Positions 51,823 through 60,192 are shown, numbered from the stretch's first letter. The stretch: 64,000 nt of DNA from an uncultured Alphaproteobacteria bacterium (GCA_944391335.1 CALXTF010000004.1:16412-80411), one strand, 5' to 3'. A program made the numbers and translations. The notes: a model not told the origin generated them from the letters alone.

Positions 51823-52575
51823 ATGGCAAAAGTAAATAAAAAGGTGTCGAAGTCCACCTATAAAAAAACTTCAAAAAGAACAGTTAATGGCGCTCGTCGT
51901 CATAATACTAAGGCAACTTCTGCTACTCGTAAAAGAGAAACAGAAAGCCAACGTCTTGAAAAGACTATGGATAAGATTGCTGCATCTTCCCAGTTTAAGA
52001 AAGCTCAAAAACTTCTTGAACAGATTGGAACGTGCATCTCTCAAACCAGAGAAGCAAGATATAATTTTATGGCTACGATTTATTGCCATATTGGTGATAC
52101 TTTTGGAAATGATGACTTTGAGAAAGGTGCTAAAAAGTATCTTTTGCGTCTTTTCCCTGTATCTGAAGACGAAGACCAGAAGAAACTACACCAGAGTTTC
52201 CGCAACAAATACAATCGTGCTTTAAGATTTTTACGAGATAAAAAAGTTTCTTATGCTGATGTTGACAAAGTCGTGAAGATAATTGGAAAAATCGGTCTCC
52301 AAGCCCTCTTTAATGGTAAAGAAAATGATACTGGTAAGAAGTCTTCTTCCAAAGCAACATTAAAGGACAATGTCCAGAATTTGATGAAGAAGAATGATGC
52401 CGTTAAAATCATTCAGCAGGTTTTGAGTATTCAAGCCGATGAAAAAATCAAAGGTGATTTTGTTCTTTGTTATGCTGATGGGAGACTTTCTTATTCAACA
52501 AAGTCTAAATGGGCAAATAAGTTGGCAAATGGCGATAATTCGTTAGAAGAATTGCCAACTGCCAATGACAAATAA
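51823..52575 (+). CDS. Hypothetical island protein with a Lys/Arg-rich N-terminus
   Basis: Start at MAKVNKK behind GGAGA. The first 45 residues or so are strongly basic, suggesting possible nucleic-acid binding. Confidence 0.45.
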   Translation: MAKVNKKVSKSTYKKTSKRTVNGARRHNTKATSATRKRETESQRLEKTMDKIAASSQFKKAQKLLEQIGTCISQTREARYNFMATIYCHIGDTFGNDDFEKGAKKYLLRLFPVSEDEDQKKLHQSFRNKYNRALRFLRDKKVSYADVDKVVKIIGKIGLQALFNGKENDTGKKSSSKATLKDNVQNLMKKNDAVKIIQQVLSIQADEKIKGDFVLCYADGRLSYSTKSKWANKLANGDNSLEELPTANDK

Positions 52576-52582
52576 GTCATAC

Positions 52583-52622
52583 ATGGCTGCGGTGCTGAAA
52601 TACGCATCGTAGCCATATTTTT
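52583..52622 (+). terminator. Stem-loop followed by a T-run between the basic-protein gene and the Rep-helicase gene
   Basis: ATGGCTGCG / CGTAGCCAT (9 bp including one G-U pair) with a 16-nt loop, then ATTTTT. Confidence 0.45.
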
Positions 52623-52641
52623 CTACGAAAGGTATAAAGAA

Positions 52642-54783
52642 ATGACATTACGCACGATTAAATCCACCAAATTTATGTCTGGCGCAGAAATTGCCGAAGA
52701 AAGTGATGCTCGCCTTGATAGCTTAAATAATGAAATTCGCATAACAAAAGATAACACGCACAAACAAAAGCTGATTAATTTAAGAAACCGATTGCAGCAT
52801 CATTCATCAGAAACGTTTGCCAATATCATTTACGCATCGCAACAACAAGAAATAAAATACGTTGAAATTAAGCATCTGATTGACAATTACAAGCTCTTAG
52901 CCGAAAGCAAAAAACTTAATCCAGATGATGTTTATTTCATAACCATTAACTGCTGCGAAGGTCATATCAATAAAAAGCCCTATTTTGTTGCGCCTAAAGA
53001 TTTAGCTAACTTCAACGTCAAGACTTCTAAAAATACTATTATTAAACAACTACGTGGATTAGGAACAGCTTTCGGTTATGTGGCATTTGAGGTAAAATAT
53101 GATATACGCATGGGAGCATTTTTGCCCCATTTTCATATTTTAATTTGTGGCATTAGTAAAAAGAACATAGAAGACTATTTCACTTGTTTATACCCTCTCG
53201 AATATCAATTTAAATTAAATCGAGATACTTTTATTGTGTCAAAGAAGAATGATCCACTCATTTATGAAAGACCGCAAAAACTAAAGGTAGTTGATATTGA
53301 GACCGTTAAAGATTCTGAAAAAGTAGCTAGTTATATGTGCAAATTCAAGACATATATGACAAACTATCAACAACAAGATTTAACAGCTTTACCATATTCT
53401 GAAAAGCGCCAAGATTACCACACAAGACCAGAAGATAAAATTCATAATTACCATTTATTGTTTTTGGATAAGTTGTCATTTGGTGAACAGGTGTTTTGTT
53501 TCAATAAGGGTTTACTGACGAACTTCATCAACAACAAAGCCGATAAAATGGCTCAAAACTGCATAAGAATAGCTAAAAGAGGCAAAAAAACGGGGAAATT
53601 GGGTAAAAAAGCCCCAAACCACAACACATACGCCAAGCCTATATCAACTAATAAGATTGTGTTACAATTTTTAAAGTATGATTCTTATAAACCAAAACAA
53701 GAAAAAATCATTGATTATATTAAAGACCATAAATCTTGTATTGTTATTCAACCTACTAATTTTGGTAAGAGTTTATGTTATTATGCATCAGCTTTACAAT
53801 TAAAAGGGTTATGTGTAGTTATAGAGCCTTTAGTATCTTTAATTTATGACCAAGTATCTAAACTTAATAAGATACATAAAAAGTTAGCTCTTGCATTTAC
53901 TGGTGAAACTAAACATAGAGATAAAAAATTAAAGAGATTAAAAAGAGGTATATATAAGTTTTTATATATAGCTCCTGAAATGTTAAAAAATATAGAGTTA
54001 AAAAAGGTATTGTCTAAATTAGATATTTGTATGATAGCCATTGATGAAGCGCATTGTATTGATGTATGGGGTGAAGATTTTAGACCTGATTATCAAGAGC
54101 CATTAAATAAACTTATAAAGAAATACCCAGATGCAAAAGTTATGGCATTGACGGCTACTGCAGGCGACATCACACAAAACGTTATTAAAAAAGTGTGCAA
54201 TATGCCTAAAAAAGCCAAAGTATTTAAAGGCAACTTAAACAGACCGAATATTAAGTATAGCGTAGTTAAAAAAGAATATGATGGATTACAACAGTTATTA
54301 GATACACTCAAACCATACCTTGATAAAGATAATAAACCGACAACTTCGATTATTATATATTGTGCTCATATTGATTATACTTTAGGACTTCAAGATATAT
54401 TAAAAGAGCGTGGTATTAATAGCTATGTATTTAATGGAAAGAGTGATAATAAAAAAGAAATACTCAAAAAATTTAAAAAGGAAAAATGTATTGTTCTAGC
54501 AACCAGTGCTTTCGGTATGGGGATTGATAAACCAGATGTACACTTAGTTATTCACTTTGAGGGTACGTATAATCTTGAAATGTATTATCAAGAATCTGGT
54601 CGGGTTGGTCGTGATGGTGAAAATTCTAAAGCTGTATTGTTTTATTCTGATATAGATATTGAAAGAATGACATATTTTGCCAAGAATGATACAATGAAAG
54701 AAAAGTTAAAGCTGGCTATTAAATATATGCAGATGACAAACAATAAAAAACGTCGTGAATTTTTATTAAATAGTATTGTCTAG
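52642..54783 (+). CDS. Fusion protein: N-terminal HUH-type rolling-circle Rep-like domain plus C-terminal RecQ-family SF2 helicase
   Basis: The N-terminus has YFITIN (motif I-like), LPHFHILICG (HUH) and KVASYMCKFK (Y-x-x-K). The C-terminus has PTNFGKSLCY, VVIEPLVSLIYDQV, DEAHCIDVWGEDFRPDY, ALTATA, SAFGMGIDKPDVHLVIH and YYQESGRVGRDG, all RecQ motifs. Confidence 0.8.
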   Translation: MTLRTIKSTKFMSGAEIAEESDARLDSLNNEIRITKDNTHKQKLINLRNRLQHHSSETFANIIYASQQQEIKYVEIKHLIDNYKLLAESKKLNPDDVYFITINCCEGHINKKPYFVAPKDLANFNVKTSKNTIIKQLRGLGTAFGYVAFEVKYDIRMGAFLPHFHILICGISKKNIEDYFTCLYPLEYQFKLNRDTFIVSKKNDPLIYERPQKLKVVDIETVKDSEKVASYMCKFKTYMTNYQQQDLTALPYSEKRQDYHTRPEDKIHNYHLLFLDKLSFGEQVFCFNKGLLTNFINNKADKMAQNCIRIAKRGKKTGKLGKKAPNHNTYAKPISTNKIVLQFLKYDSYKPKQEKIIDYIKDHKSCIVIQPTNFGKSLCYYASALQLKGLCVVIEPLVSLIYDQVSKLNKIHKKLALAFTGETKHRDKKLKRLKRGIYKFLYIAPEMLKNIELKKVLSKLDICMIAIDEAHCIDVWGEDFRPDYQEPLNKLIKKYPDAKVMALTATAGDITQNVIKKVCNMPKKAKVFKGNLNRPNIKYSVVKKEYDGLQQLLDTLKPYLDKDNKPTTSIIIYCAHIDYTLGLQDILKERGINSYVFNGKSDNKKEILKKFKKEKCIVLATSAFGMGIDKPDVHLVIHFEGTYNLEMYYQESGRVGRDGENSKAVLFYSDIDIERMTYFAKNDTMKEKLKLAIKYMQMTNNKKRREFLLNSIV

Positions 54784-54830
54784 ATTAGATAATTTGAAAG
54801 TGTGTAAAATATCTAAATTAGATAATTTGA
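54784..54830 (+). repeat. Two perfect 14-nt direct repeats ATTAGATAATTTGA (33-bp spacing)
   Basis: Copies at 54784..54797 and 54817..54830, between the Rep-helicase stop and its terminator. Confidence 0.8.
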
Positions 54831-54833
54831 TGT

Positions 54834-54865
54834 TCGGTATGGGCGTAGTGTTCATACCGATTTTT
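54834..54865 (+). terminator. Rho-independent terminator of the Rep-helicase gene
   Basis: TCGGTATG / CATACCGA stem with an 11-nt loop, followed by TTTTT. Confidence 0.6.
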
Positions 54866-55406
54866 ATATATAATTATAAACCGTTCTTCTTGAAACATTA
54901 TATTGTTTAGCGATGGTGGTTATTGGAGTGCGTTTATTTACAAGCTCTTTTATCTCTGCAACTTGTTCGTTGGTTAGTTTATGTTGTCCACCTTTATATT
55001 TACCTTTAAGTTTAGCCAAAGCAATTCCTTCTCGTTGTCGTTCTAAAATTAAATTTCGTTCAAGCTCTGCCACAGCACCAAGCATTGTCATCATCATTTT
55101 TTGATATGGGTCTTGTTTATCAGGGGCAAATATCAAGTTTTCCTTGTGAAATATAATTTTTGCCCCTTTATTGGTTATTTCCTCAACCAAATTCAGCAAG
55201 TCTTTGGTGTTGCGAGCGAGCCTATCCATAGAATGCACATTAACCACGTCACCAGCACGGATATTGAGTAACATCGCTTGAAGTTCGGGACGGTTGGTGT
55301 TTTTACCACTGATTTTTTCGACATACTCCCTATCGCAAGCAACATTTAATAGTTGGCGTTCGGTATTCTGGTCGGTAGTGGAAACTCTCTTGTAATTAAA
55401 AATCAT
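54864..55406 (-). CDS. Serine recombinase (resolvase/invertase family)
   Basis: YKRVSTTDQNTERQ catalytic-serine block, the small (180 aa) form, and a C-terminal HTH IAKQYNVSRRTVYNYI. Confidence 0.85.
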   Translation of the reverse strand: MIFNYKRVSTTDQNTERQLLNVACDREYVEKISGKNTNRPELQAMLLNIRAGDVVNVHSMDRLARNTKDLLNLVEEITNKGAKIIFHKENLIFAPDKQDPYQKMMMTMLGAVAELERNLILERQREGIALAKLKGKYKGGQHKLTNEQVAEIKELVNKRTPITTIAKQYNVSRRTVYNYI

Positions 55407-55423
55407 ATTTTTTATCTCCTATG

Positions 55424-55455
55424 TGTGAAATTTAAATTTATGACTCGGTTTCACA
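55424..55455. promoter_or_regulatory. Inverted repeat TGTGAAA-N18-TTTCACA just upstream of the serine recombinase RBS
   Basis: Seen directly. On the gene strand one arm reads CTGTGAAACCGAG, reminiscent of invertase/resolvase half-sites. Confidence 0.35.
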
Positions 55456-55464
55456 GATGTGCAA

Positions 55465-56037
55465 TTAATCGGGCTTTCGATTTAGTTTGCACACTTTTGA
55501 GGCTGTGTTATCGAGGTATACCTTGTTTATACAGTAGATATTCCTTGTCATTAGTTGATATTTTTTCTCTCCTTTCTTATGGGATATACTATTCATATTG
55601 ATACTAGGCATGCCATCGCTATCGAAAAACCTTAGCTTGTTATTGGATAGACCTTTATAAACTGAGTAATGATCCCACTCCTTACACTTAACTCTTACTA
55701 TTAAAGAATTATCAAATTTGAGTTGCTCCATTTGATTAACTATCTCATCAAAACTCAGCTTGTTATTATAAAATGGGCGCATAAATTTTATTTGAGGCTG
55801 TTTCGTTGTTTTTAGATAATCGTTTATAAAAGTCAGTATTTGCTCCAATCTCTTATAATCAGCTCCATTCTCGGCAACATCAAAAAATGAGCTATAACAC
55901 TCTAACTGGTCGATAACATAGTCATATAAGGCTTGAGCTTTCTTTTGTGGTAAATCATATCCAAGCATAACTAACGAGTTAATTCCCGAATATACACTAC
56001 AAAAACGGTCTAATGCTCCTTGCTTAAAAGGTTTCAT
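55465..56037 (-). CDS. Hypothetical protein with possible papain-like Cys/His peptidase fold
   Basis: QGALDRFCSVYSGIN (Q...C) and WDHYSVY (H) are spaced like C39-type peptidases; this is a tentative call. The start ATG lies 1 nt after the upstream stop (TAATATG). Confidence 0.35.
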   Translation of the reverse strand: MKPFKQGALDRFCSVYSGINSLVMLGYDLPQKKAQALYDYVIDQLECYSSFFDVAENGADYKRLEQILTFINDYLKTTKQPQIKFMRPFYNNKLSFDEIVNQMEQLKFDNSLIVRVKCKEWDHYSVYKGLSNNKLRFFDSDGMPSINMNSISHKKGEKKYQLMTRNIYCINKVYLDNTASKVCKLNRKPD

Positions 56038-56038
56038 A

Positions 56039-56362
56039 TTAATACTCACTCGCAAACATAACTGTTAAAACCCTATTAGTTACTTCTTCTAACTCTGGAT
56101 TGGGCGAGTAGTATTCGTAATTCAAATCATACATATCAATCTTCCAGAAAATTTGTTGCTCGTGATAATCAAAACAGCCAAAATCATGTTCGCCATAAGG
56201 GTCATTGTCTTCGGTAAAGATATTAAATGTTTTTACTTTATTTATAATCTCTTGTTGCTGTTCGGTTGGTAGGCTAGCAATCCCACTTGTTAAAATAACT
56301 TTGCCACTGATTAGAGTAGTCCTAAATTTATCATTTAATTCAGCAATGCGTTTTGTATTCAT
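56039..56362 (-). CDS. DUF3768-family protein
   Basis: NDPYGEHDFG...IFWKIDMYD...NRVLTVMFASEY matches my recollection of the conserved DUF3768 blocks common on plasmids and ICEs. Confidence 0.6.
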   Translation of the reverse strand: MNTKRIAELNDKFRTTLISGKVILTSGIASLPTEQQQEIINKVKTFNIFTEDNDPYGEHDFGCFDYHEQQIFWKIDMYDLNYEYYSPNPELEEVTNRVLTVMFASEY

Positions 56363-56724
56363 ATTTTTACTCCTTTAAAATAAAAAAAGAGCCGAGGTAT
56401 TTAACCAAGGCTCTGAATAGTTGCGGATTGAGGTAAGTGATATGCCCTACAAAACTTATTTTCTACGTATGTAATGTAAAGCATATCACACCTCACTTTC
56501 AAAACATAAAAACCTTTTCTGCTCTGATGAAAAAGCAGACTAAATAAGGCTTATATGTCAGTGATTTCATATTCGAAATTAACGAATCGGCTCAACTTTG
56601 AATATAATTAATTGTATTATATTCTACCGCAAATTGCAAGTTTAAAATTAAACAAAACAAAGGAAAATCAAGCGTTTAATAATTTTGTTTATATAAAAAT
56701 AAACTAATTTTAGGAGCTCAAAAA

Positions 56725-56906
56725 ATGAAAAAAGATGATGCAAAGCTATTCGTGAAATTCTAGAAAGACTGAAGAAGGATTTAATCCACCGCCGAGGCTT
56801 TGTTTGCCAATGGTGTGGACATAAAGCCTTAACCCCAACTGGCGGAACTTGCCCCAACAGCCCCAATGACAAACATCAATACATCAAAGCTAATGTTGAT
56901 GAGTAA
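56725..56906 (+). pseudogene. Decayed Cys-rich (zinc-ribbon-like) mini-gene, copy 1
   Basis: AGGAG RBS and ATG at 56725 run into TAG after 12 codons. A different frame (from 56745) reads AIREILERLKKDLIHRRGFVCQWCGHKALTPTGGTCPNSPNDKHQYIKANVDE but has no start codon. Confidence 0.45.
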
Positions 56907-56955
56907 AAATATGCTCTAAATCAATAAACAGAATGTTTGAAAAACAGCGAAATAA

Positions 56956-57104
56956 TTGCACGTTCAAAAAAATAACACACCAAGCACACCAGCATATATC
57001 TGCCAATTTTGCGGAAAGAAAACCACAACTCCCACGGTGGTATCTGTCGCTTTTCCCCATACCAAAACAAAACCCATAAGTTTATCAAGGCTGAAATAAT
57101 ATAG
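56956..57104 (+). pseudogene. Decayed Cys-rich mini-gene, copy 2 (frameshifted paralogue)
   Basis: ...YICQFCGKKTTTP in one frame continues as HGGICRFSPYQNKTHKFIKAEII in another. It is collinear with copy 1 (CQ[WF]CG.K..TP.GG.C..SP...KH.[YF]IKA). Confidence 0.45.
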
Positions 57105-57186
57105 GTTTATACAAAATATTTTACTAAATTAACTAACTCTTATCTTTTTTGATTCTAAGATGCATAAGGTTGAAAGGAATCAATGA

Positions 57187-57906
57187 ATGATTAATACGTT
57201 AGAAGAATTTATTGCCTGTTATAAAGAAATTAAACAGCAAGGATGGATTAGAACACATAGAAGTGGTCCTACTGGAATCGGTAAAACATTGGAAGATTTA
57301 CTAGGAATTCCAGAAAATAATCTACATGAACCTGACTTTGGTGATTATGAACTTAAATCGTGTCGAATAGGTTCTAATAGTATGCTAACATTATTTACCC
57401 AGACACCTCAACCGCCAAGAGCTAATTCTTATCTGCGTGAAAAGTATGGTTATTCCAGTGACGCTTATGATAATGATGAAAAAGTTTTACATGCTACATT
57501 AACTGCATCAAGGTACACTTCAATTGCAAACACTAGTAAATCATTAAAAATTACGTGTTCATCTGATAAAATTTTTATAAGCTCAAATACAGAAGATGAA
57601 GATGTATATTGGAATAAAAATGAACTAGAAAAAAGTTTTAATAAAAAATATAAAAACAAATTTGTATATGCAAAAGCTTTATGTCGTGGAACAAGAGATA
57701 GTGAAGAATTTCTTTTCACGGAAGCTTATGAAGTTTCTGGATTCTCATATGATTCATTTATACGGCTTTTAGAAGAAGGTAAAATATATGTAGATTTACG
57801 TATAGGGCAATATCCTGATGGAAGAACTCATGACCATGGGACAGGATTCCGTATTAGAGAAGAAGACCAAAACCTTCTTTTTACAATAAACAGAAAAATT
57901 GTATAA
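57187..57906 (+). CDS. Type II restriction endonuclease, MvaI/BcnI family (MutH-like PD-ExK)
   Basis: 239 aa. GPTGIGKTLEDLLGI, EPDFGDYELKS (PD...ExK), LTLFTQTP and GRTHDHGTGFRI are collinear with my recollection of the R.MvaI/R.BcnI blocks. The size matches those monomeric enzymes. Confidence 0.8.
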   Translation: MINTLEEFIACYKEIKQQGWIRTHRSGPTGIGKTLEDLLGIPENNLHEPDFGDYELKSCRIGSNSMLTLFTQTPQPPRANSYLREKYGYSSDAYDNDEKVLHATLTASRYTSIANTSKSLKITCSSDKIFISSNTEDEDVYWNKNELEKSFNKKYKNKFVYAKALCRGTRDSEEFLFTEAYEVSGFSYDSFIRLLEEGKIYVDLRIGQYPDGRTHDHGTGFRIREEDQNLLFTINRKIV

Positions 57907-60099
57907 TTAACTGATTTTCTTCAATACAACGATATGCTCATTTGTCATTGTTGCAACTTTCTCACCACTTATATTTGTTGGAGAGTTTAGAGAAGGCATA
58001 ACTTTATTTGATATATTTCTATCAATAGTATAAATATGTTTAAGCCCATAATTTTGAGCCAATTCCGAAATAATTTTATCAGTTTGCAGATAAATATTTT
58101 TAACCGTTCTATTACCAACCACCCAGAATTGATATCCTGCTTTTTTGGTTTTTTGGGCTATCGTACGTATGGATTCATCTAACTCTTTGTAAAAACTAAA
58201 AACATCACCAGACCTTTCTATATCTATATCTTTTATTCTTTCTAATGCCTTTCTTAAAGTCTCACTATGTAATGAATATTCAAAGCCATTTCTGTATTTT
58301 TTTCCACCCATTAAAGATTTATCTATGCTCATTATTTCTTGGTTAGTTAAATTATCAATATTAAGCCATTGTAAAGACAAACGACTATATTCACCATATG
58401 CTACCGTAGTCCTGCTGTCACCATAAGGCGGAGACGTTATAATTAAATCATATTCATTATCTTCCACATCAGTTAATGTTATGGCATTATTATTCAAAAT
58501 AGATACCAGTGGTTTTGTATCTATTGTATTTAAAATTTCTCCAAATTCATTCATTTTTTCAATATTGCGTGTCAATATATCTTCAAAAATTTTTATTACA
58601 TTTGGTGAAAAGGCGTCTAATTTATTTTTGGGAAGACGAAACATTTTAAATTCACCATTTCTGCGGTTAGAAACGTACCTAATTGTCTCACTCATCGCAA
58701 TATAACAAAAATCACGAATATAGATATTTTTAATTTCAGCAATACAATTTTTAATTAATTGCAGCAATAATATCACATTTGGTTTAAACCAATACCCTAA
58801 ATTTTTAAATGATGGCAATGAGAAGTCCTTATTTTTTAATCTACAATATTTTTCTAAATACAAATGAGCGTTTTCACCCCATCCATCTTTGGCCGATATA
58901 TCAAGTTTTTCTTGTTCAATTATATATGCATTTACAGAATCATAGAAGTCCTTATCGTTATTATAATTTTCTTTGATTCTATGCATTAGCAAAATTGTTT
59001 CTTGCTGTAATAAATTAATATCTATATTGGTTGTCTTAACTTTCGACAAATACAAAGCCAAAGGATTAATATCGCAACCTGTAACTTTATTAATACCTGC
59101 TAATAATCCTTCAACAAGTACTGTTCCTGAACCAACAAAAGGATCTAACAATGAATTGATATTTTTTACTTTTTTCACCAATCTAATTATATTTTTACTA
59201 ATAGGTGCGACCATAACTGCTGGATAAGAATGTAGTCCATGTGTATATTCGTGTACATCATTTCCTTTAAAATCCCAAAATCTCTCTGGTAACTCTTTTA
59301 ATCTCTTAACTAAATTTTCCTCTTCTTCGGTATGATTCTCAAATAAATCCATTTGTTGCTCATCTTCTATAGAATTTGATATTTTATCATTTATACCTTT
59401 ATGGGTCTTTACTTCTACTGTGCAAATAGTATCATTATGCCAACCACCATGTGGAACCATTAAAATTCGCTCTATTTCAAAACCGTATTTATATCCAATA
59501 CCTCCACTATTCCATCCGAAAGTGATTACTTTTCCTCCAATCTTAACAATACGTGAAATTTCTTTTTTATGATTTCCCCAAAAAGATGCTTTAGTTGTAT
59601 CCCATGTTACATTGTAACCAACATCATTATAGCACTCACTAACTTGTCTTGGGGAATATGGTGGGTCATATAAAACACCATCAATACTATCGTCTTCAAA
59701 AATTTTTAAGAAATCAAGTGCATCCAAATGATAATCTGTATCGTATTTTTCATTTAAATCATTCGTAATATTAGCAAATTTGTTCTTATTGGCAAATGGG
59801 TCGATCCATGTACCTTGTGTCATTTCATCTTGTATTAAGGATGCAATAGGTTTGATGTCAAAAGTATTTTTGTTCGGCATAGCCCATACTCTTTCAATAA
59901 TGACATCTTTATTGTTATTTGGAATAATCGAATTTATTTTCTTTCTAGCATCATTCGGTTTAGAAGCATTCAACGGAATACACCATACATTACCTATACG
60001 TTCAACTCCATCTATTCTATTTTGTGTGCATAATGCCTGCACTCGTCTTGCAGTCATATTCCACTTCGTTGCAGCTTCTTTAACACTTAAATATTTCAT
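57907..60099 (-). CDS. HTH + two DNA methyltransferase domains in one polypeptide
   Basis: N-terminal excisionase/MerR-like HTH (LSVKEAATKWNMTARRVQAL...WCIP). Domain 1 has WIDPFANKNK ... VLYDPPYSPRQ. Domain 2 has HSYPAVMVAPI, LLDPFVGSGTVLVEG ... IITSPPYGDSR. Start at the ATG behind GAGAGG (60099). Confidence 0.8.
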   Translation of the reverse strand: MKYLSVKEAATKWNMTARRVQALCTQNRIDGVERIGNVWCIPLNASKPNDARKKINSIIPNNNKDVIIERVWAMPNKNTFDIKPIASLIQDEMTQGTWIDPFANKNKFANITNDLNEKYDTDYHLDALDFLKIFEDDSIDGVLYDPPYSPRQVSECYNDVGYNVTWDTTKASFWGNHKKEISRIVKIGGKVITFGWNSGGIGYKYGFEIERILMVPHGGWHNDTICTVEVKTHKGINDKISNSIEDEQQMDLFENHTEEEENLVKRLKELPERFWDFKGNDVHEYTHGLHSYPAVMVAPISKNIIRLVKKVKNINSLLDPFVGSGTVLVEGLLAGINKVTGCDINPLALYLSKVKTTNIDINLLQQETILLMHRIKENYNNDKDFYDSVNAYIIEQEKLDISAKDGWGENAHLYLEKYCRLKNKDFSLPSFKNLGYWFKPNVILLLQLIKNCIAEIKNIYIRDFCYIAMSETIRYVSNRRNGEFKMFRLPKNKLDAFSPNVIKIFEDILTRNIEKMNEFGEILNTIDTKPLVSILNNNAITLTDVEDNEYDLIITSPPYGDSRTTVAYGEYSRLSLQWLNIDNLTNQEIMSIDKSLMGGKKYRNGFEYSLHSETLRKALERIKDIDIERSGDVFSFYKELDESIRTIAQKTKKAGYQFWVVGNRTVKNIYLQTDKIISELAQNYGLKHIYTIDRNISNKVMPSLNSPTNISGEKVATMTNEHIVVLKKIS

Positions 60100-60192
60100 A
60101 TTATTACCTCTCACATTTGTTTTATACGCAAAAACGAACAAATGCAAGGCAAAAATATTTTTAATAACAAAACATTTGGTATGTATTATTTA

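Noticed and set aside
52714-52720. CTTGATA, the pC194/pUB110-type nick-site core, inside the 5' part of the Rep::RecQ gene
   Set aside because: A 7-mer is expected by chance several times in 64 kb (another copy lies inside the helicase domain). It has no flanking hairpin, so it is noted only as a place to test.
56648-56872. 74-aa minus-strand ORF
   Set aside because: It is antisense to the Cys-rich mini-gene remnant, which shows paralogue conservation on the plus strand. It has no RBS.
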